A stretch of 64,000 bases of DNA from Selaginella moellendorffii (taxonomy: Eukaryota > Plantae > Lycopodiophyta). Each line of letters begins with the position of its first letter. Position 1 is the first letter of the stretch. Of the stretch, positions 35,638-50,570 are shown one piece after another. Location of the stretch: the NCBI RefSeq assembly GCF_000143415.4, contig NW_003314277.1, positions 679,878 through 743,877 of the forward strand, in the 5' to 3' direction. A model generated the notes under the pieces. The model worked only from the letters and a program-made list of their open reading frames with translations, was not told where the DNA came from and searched no databases. Made by a program: the position numbers and the translations under genes.

Positions 35638-38600
35638 GCCTATCCTCTAAGGAGGGTAGTCTCTCCAACTTAGAGACTGATTAGACCACATGCAGTGGTT
35701 CTCTCTTTTTATTGATTTAGTTCTTGCTAAACCTCTTAGAGACCCTTCTCTAAGTCAATCCCACTACTCCTTCTCGAGTAGTCTCAATTTCCCTCTATTG
35801 AACGTTTGCACCTTGGAACTTTTACTCTTTTGACTTTTGGAAGTCAATTTCCTAGGTGTCTCCAACACCTTGGATTCCTTCCAAGGGATTCCACGGCCCT
35901 ATCTTGGCCACTCGTCTTTTGCTCCTATCCGTTGATTGTTGCACCAAGCAACACCGAATCTTTACCTCCCTCCTTGAGGTATTCTTTTGATTCCATAGCA
36001 AAGGCTTTGCTTTGCCAATACTAGGGTGTTCACCCCTAGTAAGTCTCTTTAGCATCTTCTGCTGTGGGCTTTATCCACGGCCCAACTTTGTGACCCTCCC
36101 ATGGGTCTCTTTAGAGACTACTTTCCTTGGACACACTATGCCATCGCAATGACATAGCTCATTTCCCTAAGGTGCTTTACCCACTTGGTCACCTTGACCA
36201 AGCCACACCATCATCAATAGTTCAAATCAACACTTTGAACTAGGAACCTTATTCCTTAGCCCAAACAAGGACCTTGTCCTTATTTAGCCACAAGATCACC
36301 TAGTGATCTCACCTCGGCACCTTAACAGGTTTGCCAATAGGTACTAGGTCTTCCAGACCTTTAACTTGTTAACTACGACCCCGGGGGCATCCCCCACACT
36401 TGGCGGTGCGCCCAAGCTAGCCCTTCCAGCTAAGGGTCCATAGCAACTGAGACTGGGTGTCCCCATCTCATTCACCACGTCCTTGGTGCCACTGGCACCA
36501 AAGTGTTCAAGTTAGATATGCTGAGCCACACTAAGCAATCTAACCGTGCATCACGACTCCGAGGCATCCCTCGCTTGGCGGTGTGCCCAAACCAGTCTCC
36601 CCACTGAGAGTCCATGACCACCGAAATATGAGTGTCCTCATATTCCAAACCATCACCACGCCCTAGTGATTTGGGACTCGAACCCAAGCACTAGAGGGTC
36701 GGGACTCGAACCCAACCTCCGTATATGCATCTACGGACGGCATCACACAAGATGCCTGGCGTGACTCCCCACGCCGGTGCACCAACTTATTTTTAAAGCG
36801 CGCTACAGATCACAGCTTAGGAACCTAGTTCCTCCACACTGCCAAGTCCTCTCACTTGACATGTCTGTGATCATGCATGGACTCCTCCATGCTCGGCCCC
36901 ATGGCCCACCCTTTTTGAAGTTATCACCTTCAACTAGGGTATTCGTTCCCCCGACGTGCCAATCTCGCTTGGCAAGTCCTCCGACCACTGTAACATGGTT
37001 CCTGCATAAGCGTGAAAGTCCTTGTCCATCGACTTTCGTTCAAAGCCCTCTCTTTGAACCCTCGGGAACTACTTCCCTAACCTTGATAGCCTTGTCTCAT
37101 GGCAAGCTTCAAGACCACGCTTCTGCCGCGCCACTCTGATTTCGCGCGTTCCATGAACCATTTACACTTGGCCTTTCTAGGTACTAAGCTACCTAGAATC
37201 GTCTTTGGGAACCTTGAAGGAACTCTGTCCCTCAGCTTGCTAAGGCCTCCCTTTTTGCAAGCCTTCCAAATGCCACATAGTCTAACATGGACAATTCCAT
37301 ATTTTAGACCCTCCATGGCATCACGGTTGCTAGCGGCAACACCCTCGAGCCCCCACTTGATTCTCCACTCCCAGCTGGCATAACCAACCTTGGTTATACC
37401 CTTCGATTCCTATGGTTCGGTTCCATCCCCTTACTTCTTGCTTTTGGCTTCACACCTTTCCTTTGGTCATTCTCCTCCAAACCAGGAGGATAGCTTTGCA
37501 CTTTCTATCATGCTTTAGCAAGTATTCTTCGGGATGAACCTACCCAATAGCCTAGGGGGTGGTTCCTCAATCCGGGCATGCTCACCTTATAATCCCACAC
37601 ACTGGGATTACATTGTTGCTTATGGGCCTTTACATGCCCATCACTAGTCTTGCCAAAATTCCATTTTTGGCTTTGTCCAACTCGGGTAGACAGTCCTCTC
37701 CTGTCTCCGCAACCTTGGACATTTGGATAGCACCTTCTATCCATCATTCGCTAGGGACTTAGTCCCTTGGGCTTTATCCATTGCCCTCGCGACATCAAAC
37801 ACCACCTTCTGGTGTTCTAGAGTGTTCGGGTGTCCCAATGATGGTTTTCTTGACAATGAGTATTTCCTTTTATGACATTGACTTACTATATCGCAACATA
37901 AGCAACTTATCCCCCGTAAGGGTATATCCGACTTCCCTATGCTAGAAGTCTTGGGTAGCTACCTTCTACCCATTTAACCAGTTATTTTGCACCTCTTGCT
38001 TAGTTGCCTCATAGTTGTCAAGTCCTACAACTCATTGCTTGGTGCTTTCACACCTCCATCATTATCTGGGTCACCACACTCCAACTGCATGCTCTGCAGC
38101 TTAGGCTATGCCATTCCCATTCCCATTGGGATTCCTTTGGCAAGGGGTTCTCATGAACCCACTAACATAGCCTCATAGTACTACCCCTTGGCACATTTGG
38201 TGTCTCCACACCATCGGCTCCACGAGCCTACCTCTATGACACTTCCCCTTCGTGTTTAAGTCTTTGCCAAGACCAACACCGCTCTTTCTCAGGCCAACCA
38301 TTCGTTAGCACTGCACCATAGAGGTCACACACAACTTTGTGTCAAAGTTGTTTCCTTCTGGGAACACCTTTCCCATAACTTTTAGCATGGCACATTTTGC
38401 CATCGATGAGATACCCTCTGTTCTCATCCTTGGATCCTATGATCCCCTCCCCCATCCTTCATGGGGTACTACACACCTCAGTCCAAATGCTCCAATCAGT
38501 CCTTTTAGGACCTTTCCTTGACTCTACTTGAGTCATCCAGCAATTTTGGACTTGGTTCATCCACAGACCCGTAAGGTCCCACTTGTGAGGCACTAGCTCA

Positions 38601-41172
38601 CTGGAATACACTTCCTGCATTCCTGTCCTACTCAGAAGGACTATTTTCACAAGTGTTACTCTGACACTTGTTTTTGTTCTCTGGGGCAACCTCTGCCCCT
38701 TAGAACTACTTGTCCATGTGATGAGAATACCAACTCATCTCTAAGTACACCCCCCAACTCCTTGGGTTGTTCCAACATTTATTACAGGTAGCCCCGGCTA
38801 CCATTTCAAGGACTTGAGTCCTCTTCCGTATTTGACCTCCCACGGTCATTACTTCTGGTCTCACATTCATGAGCACCAACCTCAACTATATGAGGATAAT
38901 CTTGTGACTCCTTTATTGTTTTGGAGTCCACATCTTTCCCGTGATCCCAACTATAGTTGTTTATCACAACTACCTTAGCCAATTGGCTGAGCCAAATGCT
39001 CATCCGGATCACATCCTCAACTCAATGAGGAAAACCTTGCACTGTTCCCAAGATCCCAAAGTCGTTCCGTTATTGGCCCCTTTTCTATCCACCACCTTGT
39101 CTACAAGTTCACACATGAACTGTAATGGAGAGCCATGTCTTCCCGACCTGCTACTCCTCAAGGATAGGCCCACTTCTCGGACCTTCCGTTGCCAACACCA
39201 GTGGTGATATACTTGAGCACCAATAAAAGTCGGACTAAGGAACGGCTCTGATACCAAATTGTAAGCGACTAAATTTTCCATTCTACTTTAGCCACTTAAC
39301 CACACCTCTGACCACTTGGAGGAGTCTCATTCACAACCTCCATAAGTCCAATCCAGGACTTGGGACTTGCTAGCCCCGAGAATGGCATCCATGCCACTCA
39401 ACATTTGCACTTGGTCCAAGTGCCCCACGTGTCCGATCCCATGACCGACACTCAAAGGTACCACCGACATAGCAGCCCGTTACGCTAAGGCCATGCCCAA
39501 TCACCTTTGCCACACTGGTAGTCCAATACCACTTGCATCACCGTCTTGGCTCTCCAAGACTAGGCAAACCATCCGTGAGTGGTCATCTCAGATCCACTCC
39601 TTAGCATCCTTAGGATGCCCACCGACGAGGGGAATAGCCTTCCCCAATATCCCTCTGTCAGTCCCCACTAAGTCCCTTTCTGCCCCTGACCGTGTTTGCC
39701 AACACTGCCACTGGATCGAGACCCACAGGCCCGACCACTAAGTCCCACGGTCCTCTGGGACTTCCTCACCACACTACTGTGTCCTTGGTCACTACCCCAG
39801 AGGACTGCTCCTCTTCCTTTCCACAGTCTGGGCCTTTGGGACAACATTTCGGAACACCGTGGCCTTACGCGAGCCACCTGGGTACTCTCCTCGCCTTCTG
39901 CCCTTGGGTGCTCTAGCCATGGGCTTAGAGCGGGTTCCGTTGAGCCACGCCTGGTATCCAAGTAGGTAGTGCCACCCACACTTGGACTGGGAGCATCGGC
40001 CAGTCGATCTCCCGGGGGAACTAGAGCCGGCTCTTGAACACTTCACCAAGCTACCCCGCTTGTCGGTCCGTGTTCACTCTAGTCTTGGACTTCCCAATGG
40101 TCAGCTCATCACCCAACACTGGGTCTGGCCTTCCTGGACCCAACTGGCCCTTCCTGGGCCAAACTGGCCCTTCCTGGCCCAACTGGCTCCACTGGGCTCC
40201 AACCCCCATACTCTCCCTACTATACTTTTGGAACCCCCCGCAGCCCCCCCCCCCTGGGAGACGCACGCTTTGGGCTTTCACCCCTTGACCCGTATTAGTA
40301 TTTGGACTTAGTCTCTGGCTCGATCTCGGATCCGATTTCGGATCCGACTTCGGATTCGGTCTCGGACTTGATCTCAGTCCCGGTTCCATCTTGGACTCCA
40401 TCTCGGGTCCATCTCGGACTCCATCTCGGACTCCATCTCGGGTCCATCTCGGACTCCATCTCGGACTCCATCTCGGGTCCATCTCGGACTCCATCTCGGA
40501 CTCCATCTCGGGTCCATCTCGGACTCCATCTCGGGTCCATCTCGGACTCCATCTCGGACTCCATTTCGGGTCCATCTCGGGTCCACCTCGGACTCCATCT
40601 CGGACTCCATCTCGGGTCCATCTCGGACTCCATCTCGGGTCCATCTCGGAGTCCATCTCGGACTCCATTTCGGACTCCATCTCGGGTCCACCTCGGACTC
40701 CATCTCGGACTCCATCTCGGGTCCATCTCGGACTCCATCTCGGACTCCATTTCGGGTCCATCTCGGGTCCACCTCGGACTCCATCTCGGACTCCATCTCG
40801 GGTCCATCTCGGACTCCATCTCGGGTCCATCTCGGACTCTTCCACGTGTCATGTGTTGGTCCTTTTGGGTCCCTTTTTGGAGCCTCGCTTTTTGCTCGCT
40901 TTGTGCTCGTTCCTCGAGCACTTCGTTGGGAGTTCCACTCCCGCTCTTGACTTTTCAAGTCGGAGCTTTTGGTCCAAACGTGTTACGCTCGTTTGGCTCT
41001 CGCTTCGGCCACTACCACGTGGCGCCCTTCCGGCTCCACTTTGGGGCCTAGGGGTTTTGTGTCTCACAAATCTCTCCAAGAAGAGAAAATAGTTTACGTG
41101 TTTGATCCTTCATCCCTGACAACTCTTTTCTCGGTCTCAACTTGACTAACCTTAAGCTTGCATTAACACTGC

Positions 41173-44100
41173 TGTAGCGCACGTGGTTTTGACCCTTTAT
41201 CCTATGGTGATTTACCATAGGATAATACCACTAAGTGGAACCTAAACCCTCTTTATGCCACGTGACACAGCCATGTGTCCATAGGACAGTGGTGTGGAAC
41301 CCGAGGTTTAGGGCCTTGGGCCACTAAACGAAATAACAGTGCCAAACTCCCAAGCATGGAGCCAAGGAGTGACGAAACCGGTCCACGAAGCAACTCCCGA
41401 GCATACAGCCCAAGGAGCGAAGGGATAGGAGCCTAGAGCAATTTGGAACAGTCCTAGAGCAACTAGCATCCTATTGCCAGGACTAGCACGCAAAACGAAG
41501 CCAAACGAAGTCTGGCACTATTTTGGCATACCGGTGGCCTAACGCAAAGACATAGGTATTCCACCAAGTAGCATGGAATGGAACTTGGGCTTAGACCCAA
41601 GCTAGACACAGAACAAAGACAGGCACGCAAGTGATAACTAGATTATGCCTCAAGTTGGTCAACCATACCTGACCTACCCATTATCCCTATTATACATTTG
41701 GAACCCCCCACAGCCCCCCCCCCCCCCCTTGAGGAACACACGCTTTGGGCTTTCACCCCAAGCCTCCCTTAGTATCAGGAGTTAGTCTCTGGGACAAGCT
41801 CGAAACTTACTAAATATGGAATGGTGCTAGATTGCGAATTTGGACACGGGACTAACACCGTTGTATTCAAACCAATCTCTACATTTCGTAAATATGCCAA
41901 ATAAGCAAATCTAGACACTTTCCATAAATAGCATTTAGGACCGAAATGAGACTAACACAAAGGGCATGATAGCGAGGGTGTTTGGCAGACACGGTGCTAT
42001 CATTTAGCGAATATTGAGGGACCAATCTCAATATTGTGGGGGTTCTTGATACTAGCAAGTGCAAGCCAATGACAGGAGTTTCTCAAACCAGGCCAAGTAT
42101 GCTTAGCAAGAAACACATAGGGTTCCTGCCTTATGTTTATCCAATTTAAGTACACGGTCATTGACCAATTTCTCAACTAGCTCAAGTGGGAATTGATAAC
42201 AGGCCTAGCAATACTGACCTCCTACCTGTAAGCAACTAATTTTTCCATTCTACTTTAGTCACTTAACCACACCTCCGACCACTTGGAGGAGTCTCATTCA
42301 CAACCTCCATAAGTCTAACTCAAGACTTGGGGCTTGCTAGCCCCAAGAATGGCATCCATGCCACTCAACCTTAGCACTTGGTCCAAGTGCTCCATGTGTC
42401 CGATCCCATGATCGACACCCCAAGGTACCACCGACGTATCGGCCCGTTACGCTAAGGTCATGCCCATTTACCTTGGTTACACTGGTGGTCCAACACCACC
42501 TGCATTCCAGTCCCATCTCTCAAAGACGGGGTCATCCGTCCATGAGTGATCATCCCAGATCCACTCCTTAACATCCTTAGGATACCTACAGACATGGGGA
42601 ATAGCTTTCCCCAATATCTCTGTTCCGGTCCCCACCAAGTCCCTTCCTGTCCTCGGCTGTGTTCGCCAACACTGCCACTGGATCAAGGCCCACCGGCCCG
42701 ACCACTAAATCCCACTATCCTCTAGGACTTCCTCACTGTGTGACTATGTCCTTGGTCACCACACCAGAGGGCTACCCCTCTTCCTTTCCACTGTCTAGGA
42801 CTTTGGGACACCATTTCGGAACACCGTGGCCCTACGCGGGCCTCATGGGTACTCTCCCCGCCTTCTGCCTTTGGGTGCTCTAGCCATGGGCTTAGAGCGA
42901 GGTTCCGTTGAGCCACGCCAAGTATCCAAGTAGGTAGTGCCACCCACACTTGGACTGGGAGCATCGGCCAGTCGATCTCTCGGGGGAACTAGAGCCGGCT
43001 CTTGAACACTTCACCAAGCTACCCCGCTTGTCGGTCCGTATTCACTCTAGTCTTGGACTTCCCAATGGTCAGTTCATCACCCAACACTGGGTATGGCCTT
43101 CCTGGACCAAACTGGTCCTTCCTGGGCCAAACTGGTCCTTCCTGGCCAAACTGGCTCCACTGGGCTCCAACCCCCACACTCTCCCTACTATACTTTTGGA
43201 ACCCCCCGCAGCCCCCCCCCCCCCCCCCCCTGGGGGACGATCGCTTTGGGCTTTCACCCAACTGCCTGTATTAGTATTCGGATTCGGACTCGGACTCGGA
43301 CTCGGTCTCGGTCCCGGATTCGGATTCGGACTCAGTCTCGGTCTCGGTCTCGGTCCCGGTCTCGGTTCCATCTCGGACTCCATCTCGGACTCCATCTCGG
43401 GTCCATCTCGGGTCCATCTCGGACTCTATCTCGGGTCCATCTCGGACTCCATCTCGGGTCCATCTCGGACTCCATCTCGGACTCCGTCTCGGACTCCATA
43501 TCGGACTCCACTTCAGGTCCATCTCGGACTCCATCTCGGACTCCATATCGGACTCCACTTCGGGTCCATCTCGGACTCCATCTCGGACTCCATATCGGAC
43601 TCCACTTCGGGTCCATCTCAGACTCCATCTCGGACTCTATATCGGACTCCACTTCGGATCCATCTCGGACTCCATCTCGGACTCCATATCGGACTCCATA
43701 TCGGACTCCACTTCGGGTCCATCTCGGACTCCATCTCGGACACTTCCACGTGTCACGTGTTGGTCCTTTTTGGGTCCCTTTTTGGAGCCATGCTTATTGG
43801 TTGCCTCGCACTTGCTCCTCGAGCACTTTGTTGGGAGTTCCACTCCCGCTCTCGACCTTCCAAGTCGGAGCTTTTAGTCCAAACGTGTTATGCTCGTTTA
43901 GCTTTTGCTTCGGCCACTACCACGTGGCACCCTTTCCAGCTCCACTTTGGGGCCTAGGGATTTTGTGTCTCACACTACCATCGTGGCAGTAAAGAAAGAG
44001 TGTCCGTAAGGATTAGCCGACAGGTAACTTTCGATACTTGAAGTCACATTCGCGACACTCTCCCCCCCTAGGGAAGATCGACATCCTCGTCGATGCATAC

Positions 44101-47100
44101 TTGAGTCTAGAATACCGCCAAGGAAACAACTTTAGAAAAAGTTCACGGTATTCACACTATGTGAGAAATGCACCAGCTTAAATGAGTTAGGAGGCAACCT
44201 TTTTGTCTAATGCGGATGCGCTACCAGCTCAGACACCTTCTGGCCATTGCCGACAAGGAAATGACCAACAAAGTTAGCCACCTTTGCTACTCTGGTTATC
44301 ATCCAACTTACAAAAGTGTGATATGCCCCTGCCCGCAGGGACATAGAGAGAGAAGCCAGAGGCCCCAACCCTCCTGAGCAAAGAAACCAAACCCATCGGT
44401 AAAGTTTAGATAGACTACTGTAAACAGGCAGTTAGAGTTGTTTACACAGTCATGCCCTTTTAACTAAAAATAAGGAACATTGACAAAGAGGCGGGTTATG
44501 TGACTAGTCGACAGTAGCTATCCCATGACTAGAGATTTCACCATGCACACGAAGTGCCGAAGTCAGTCTGCCTATACTGGCCCAAACTCAAAGATCAATA
44601 GATGGACAATATCAAAGTCATAAATAATGATATCGTAGAGACTTAATTACCAGTGAATAAATCTGAGATTAGAACACAAAAGTATTCCAAGTAAGTTATC
44701 ATCCGATAAACTAGTATTATAGTATAGGAACCACCAAGATCATCATTTTTGGTAAATATAGAAATCACCATACAACAAAATTCAATAGCAAGTATATCAT
44801 CAAGGAAACTCAATGATGAAACTTCACTATCGAAGATAGTATGCCAAACAACTTACCAAAGATAACTTAAAGAACACAAAGTATCATTAACTGGCAAGCA
44901 AGATGCTCGCGAATGTATCACCTGAAAGAAATAACATTCTAATCTATCGAAACTAACTTGAGCAATAATTAACAAAACAGAATGAATGTGGCAAGACCAA
45001 AAAACACTCATTCATGCTAACTATCACACTAGTTAATTTGAATAGATCCCAGCCAACAACACCAAGGAACTTAAATTGCCTAAGCAAGTGTCAGTAATAT
45101 CCTACTAAAATCTCAAACCCAAGAGACTAATCCAGAGCAAACCACAAACAACATGTGGTATTGCGAAAAGCCATAAGCTATTAAAAAGAATAACTAACCA
45201 TCATGAAAGATCACCAATCATCCCATCAATAAAGAGATGCATAATCATTGTTAAAGAGAAATTTACCATCCCAAAGAACGGCAACTCATTCCATATCAAC
45301 AACAATCAAGCAAAACCTTTTGACAAGGATAATCAACTATTCTAGATGATGGTCAATCATCACCAATAATTGTTAGATGCAAGAGCTAACTTCAACATCG
45401 AAGCTAATGAGCCAAAAATGCCTTCCCCAACAACTTCTAACAAATGGACCACAAGCATGAAAACTCAAGGAACCAAAAACTCAAAGAAGCCTATAGCCAA
45501 GTCTTACCTAACAATGATCACAAGTCTTGCATAAACATCCTTCTCAATACGTCCATAAGCTAAACTTCATAATGCGAAAGCTAATGAAGAGCATATCTAC
45601 ATCAATCCAAAAGCTAAGTATAACAAAGTTATGCTCAACAAGTGATCACCAAACAATCCTCCATGAATCCATTTATAGCAAGACGTAACTCACTTCATAA
45701 CAAGCACAAGAAGAATCATCAATGATCGATATATCCTAATTCAAATCTAACAAAGATTCAAAAATTTCAATATCGATCACTAACTCTTCCGCTTGTAAAG
45801 TTAGCATAGTCCACGACTGAATCACTTTTCAAGGAAAAGCTCAAAGCTCAACCCCTACTAAGCAATCTTGTTTAGAACACAACTGACTTCATTTACCACT
45901 CAATTCATTTAAACGTCAATATAGTTGCCAACTAGCAAATGCACAAATGCTAATAACATAAAGCCATAGCTAAATCATCAACACTATCTTCATTGAGATT
46001 AATGAAACTCAATATCAATCATAAGGAGAAACATCTCATCTCACTTGAATCTCAACATCAAATAATGTCAACGACAAGGCATCACTTTAATGCCATCAAC
46101 ACCATAACAAAGCTAGAAAAAAGCAAGAGTGAATCACCACTTAAAACTCTCTTGCAACCAAGCTAACCAAAGTCGAAGATACTTTAATTAGTATCCGAGA
46201 CCAATCCTTCAGCAAAACTCAGTTCACCCAAGACTCAATGAAATCCAACACCATGGACTAAACGTAACCAAATGATATTGATGAAGGTAGAGTTAACATA
46301 CCAATATGGAAAAACCATATAAGTCTAACGACACAATCCTCCGCAACACCATCTAGTAAAGCAAACCCATCACTGCTAAATCTTCATCGAGTGAAACAAG
46401 TGTCAACAGTCCTCAACTAAGTTTATAAGTAATCACTAGTTGTAAAGCAATCAACAATCACCCTTCAACTTGCCTTCACAAGACCCAACACTAAACTCAC
46501 GTCATCAAGTTATATACTTGTCCAATATGAACATAATATCCCAAGTACGAGATAAAGGTTCATAGACAAACACGAACTAAATGACTACTCAAATCCAACT
46601 CAACCGTAACAAGCACACCAATGCATTTAGCCAATAGCTCTGAGCATGCCTTGAAGAGGCTAGCTATGCATGATCAACACTCAGTCAAAACTAAAGTGAT
46701 GACCATGAGATGGACTCATATCAGCACACAACCTCCACTTAGACAAAGCTATAGTATAGGTGCCAACATCTCAACCTTAAACAATTAAGTTGGACATCAC
46801 TATCCTCAGCCAAGGCGTAGGGCCACCAAGACCAAACCAAGGTTAGTGAGAGCTCACTACTCTCATAGAGTCTTAATGAAATGCAAGGTGCAATTTGCCA
46901 CCAAGCACAACGCTATAGAAAAAAGGCACAAGAGTCACCCTTCTTAGAAAAGCACAACAGCCACTTTTCTACACCAACTCCAGACTCTATCCAACTTAAT
47001 TGCCTTAGCCCCAAAAGTCAGCATCCCTTTTGGGTCACATTATACAAACTACCTACTAAGGTTTAAGTTAACCAAAATCAACTCCAACCCTTTCACTAGT

Positions 47101-50100
47101 TTATACTGGCTTACGAAAATGGAATGGTTTTTGAGCAAAGTGATCAATAGATCAACCATTCAAAAAGTTTAAGAAAATTTGTGAAAAAATTTTCCATCCT
47201 AGAAAAAAAATGACTCTCAGTCTAGGAATGCAAACTTTCAAGACTCAACCAACTTCCTCCTACCAACTACTTCACATAGGTTCACCTCAACACAAATTCT
47301 CATGATCTAACAATATGCTTAAGCATTGAACATATTTGCCCATATATCCGATATCCAACACTGATATCCACAATATGCAAAATGAACATCCAAGGCTTGA
47401 TCATGAAGACCATATCCTCATATATCCACATTGCACTACACTCTTCTTCAACCACCTTCAAGATCCAATGTGAAGCCAAAACACTAACAAGAAAAATGAT
47501 ATGGAAAATCAAGCTCTAAGAAAAATTCCTCATCACTTGAAATAACAATGCCACTTCCACTAACACAAGTGTTAGTGATGTCAATGCCTTAACTACACAC
47601 TTTCTCCATCCAATAACTTACTCCAAGTGTTAACGAATCAACCGACAAACCATAGCAAGTGAATGTTATAACCTGTTTCCAACACCTCAATGGGCAAACT
47701 CAAGGAAACAAAGTACCAACATAAGATTAGCATAATTGGACCACCATTGAGAATCTAGTCAAAGCTACTACAATGCTACTTCGTACAAATAGACTAACTT
47801 CTCCATCAACCACTTTGGGTTTGATCATCATTTACCCAAGCAACTTCGTAAACACATTGCTCATTATCACATGGATATGATATAAATCACAATGACTTGA
47901 TCATCAATTGAGTAATACCACGAGCAATGCCCATGTTACTACTGCAAAGGTTTATGTGAATATCAAGTGCCAACTCGATTCGACAAAATGCAACATAAAT
48001 GCCACACCCCATCAATAGAGATTTACAACACCTAACACCACTAACTTTTGTTCACAATACGGATAAGGTCGTGCCACTCTTTTTTTGACCAAACTCAAAA
48101 CTAATCCAACACCAAGCTACTTAAGGAGCAATAGCAAGGTTCTTCGGAAAAGAATTAAGCATTGCAACCTAAGTCTTTTAATAGCAAGCCTAGACAAAAT
48201 GGTTTAGTGCTTCACCACTATCCATCCCACAACTCACCTTTTGTAAGACCATCATTTCTAACATGCATCAAGGTAGGGACTTTTGATTGCATGATGTGAA
48301 CATAAGCAATGAGTTACACCTTGTTGCAAATCATTTCTCCAAGAAGAGAAAATGATTTACGTATTTGATCCTTCGTCCCCGACGACTCTCTTTTCGGTCT
48401 CTACTTTGACCAAACCTCAAGCTTGCTTTTGCACTGCCTTCAGTCCAATCCAAGAAAAGTTTATGAGAGAGCATGGCAATGACTACTTGAACCAATAGAC
48501 TAATCCCTACAATCTTGATTGATTCACTTGTAATCATGCCTAGGAAGGATCCACTAGTGCTATGCTAAATAGCTACAGACCAGCCTATTTGCCACTCATA
48601 GCAAACTTAGGGAAAGTTTACTTTCACCCATAGTATATGGAACAACTCATGGAACCACTGGAACAACTCATGGAACCACCGATAGGCTAACATTAATCCT
48701 GCTAACTCAAAGTGTAACCTTGAGTTGTTAATGTGCTTTACTCACGAGCCCAAGCACAAACTTGTGCAAACGGAACAACTCAATCCCTCTTATGAGCCCA
48801 AGAGCAAACTCACATAACGCAGTACAAAAAGGTAACCAAATCCATACCCAAGGAACGATTGCGAAGCCTTTGCACCCAAACGTGTACCCACTCGGATCAT
48901 CGTTTTCATCTGCGTATGTAATGAGACTAATTGCCCAATCTCATTGGATAGTACTCGCGGAGACTCATCCTCTGATACCAAATGTAGCGCACGTGGTTTT
49001 GACCCTTTATCCTATGGTGATTTACTATAGGATAATATCACGAAGCAAAACCTAAACCCTCTTTATGCCACATGACACATGCCACATGTCACATGCCACG
49101 TGTCCATAAGATAGTGGTGTGGAACCCAAGGTTCAGGACCTTGGGCCACTAAACGAAGGAACAGTGCCAAACTCCCAAGCATGGAGCTAAGGAGTGATGG
49201 AACCAGTCCATGAAGCAACTCCCGAGCATATAGCCCAAGGAGTGAAGGGACAGGAGCCTAGAGCGACTTAGAACAGTCCTAGAGCAACTAGCATCCTATT
49301 GCTAGGACTAGCACGCAAAATGGAGCTAAACGGAGTCTAGTGCTATTTTGGCATACCGGTGGCCTAACGCAAGGACATGGGTACTCTACTAGGTAGCATG
49401 GAATGGAACTTGAGCTTAGACCCAAGCCAGATGCAGAACAAGGACAAGCACGCAAGCGGGAGCTAAATTATGCCTCAAGTTGGTCGGCCATGCTCGACCT
49501 ACCCACTGTCCCTACTATACATTTGGAACCCCCCCCAGGCCCCCCCCCCCCCCCCCCTCTTGAGGAACACATGCTTTGGGCTTTCACCCCAAGCTTCCCT
49601 TAGTATCAGGAGTTAGTCTTTGGGACAAGCTCAAACTTACTAAATATGGAATGGTGCTAGATTGCAAATTTGGACACGGGACGAATATTGTTGTATTCAG
49701 ACCAATCTCTACATTCCGTAGATATGCCAAATGAGCAAATCTAGACACTTTCCATAAATAGCATTTGGGACCAAAATGAGATTAACACAAAGGGCATGAT
49801 AGCGAGGGTGTTTGGCAGACACGGTAAGCTATCATTTAGCGAATATTGAGGGACCAATCTCAATATTGCGGGGTTTCTTGATACTAGCAAGTGCAAGCCA
49901 ATGACATGAGTTTCTCAAACCAGGCTGAGTATGCTCAGCAAGAAACACATAGGGTTCCTACCTTATGTTTATCCGATTTAAGTACACGGTCATTGACCAG
50001 TTTCTCAACTAGCTCAAGTGGGAACTGATAATGGGCCCAGCAATACCGACCTCCTGCCATTGTGGCAGTAAGGAAAGAGTGTTTGTAAGGATTGGCCAAC

Positions 50101-50136
50101 AGATAACTTTCGATACCCGAAGTCACATTCGCGACA
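41173..50136 (-). mobile_element. Full-length non-coding LTR element (LARD-like, family B) inserted into an older family-B internal region
   Basis: 5' LTR 48983-50136 and 3' LTR 41173-44057 (split by a solo LTR). PBS TGGTATCAGA at 48971-48980, PPT at 44058-44069, TSD ACTGC/ACTAC. The flanks rejoin to match the intact sequence at 48421-48460. Confidence 0.9.
42227..43974 (-). mobile_element. Family-A solo LTR
   Basis: TGTAAGC...CTCACA with perfect TSD CTACC (42222-42226 and 43975-43979). Confidence 0.95.
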
Positions 50137-50570
50137 ACTACCTTCAGTCCAATTCAAGAAAAGTTTATGAGAGCACGGCAATGACTATTTGAACCAATAG
50201 ACTAATTCCAATAGTCTTATGTGATTCACTTATAATCATGTCTAGGAAGGATCCACTAATGCCATGCTAAAAAACTATGGACCAGCTTATTTGCCACTCA
50301 TAGTAAACCTAAGGGAGGTTTACTTTCACCCATGATACAAGGAACAACTCATGGAACCACTAATAAGCTAACATTAAACCTGCCAACTCAAATTGTAGCC
50401 TTGAGTTGCTAATGTGCCTCACTCATGAGCCCAAGCGCAAACTCATACAAATGGAACATCTCAAACCATTTTATGAGCCCAAGAGAAAACTCATACAAAT
50501 GGAACATCTCAAACCATTTTATGAGCCCAAGAGAAAACTCACATAATCTAGTACGAAAAGGTAATCAAAA

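Larger units (their letters stand above)
33677..41068 (-). mobile_element. Young full-length non-coding LTR element (LARD-like, family A)
   Basis: LTRs at 39260-41068 (5') and 33677-35402 (3'), TG...CA, perfect TSD AATCT (33672-33676 and 41069-41073). PBS TGGTATCAGAGCC at 39244-39256 and PPT near 35403-35414. The 3.9-kb internal region has no long ORF. Confidence 0.95.

Noticed and set aside
36663-36775. tRNA gene
   Set aside because: T-loop motifs are present, but there is no acceptor stem, D-arm or anticodon arm in canonical spacing.
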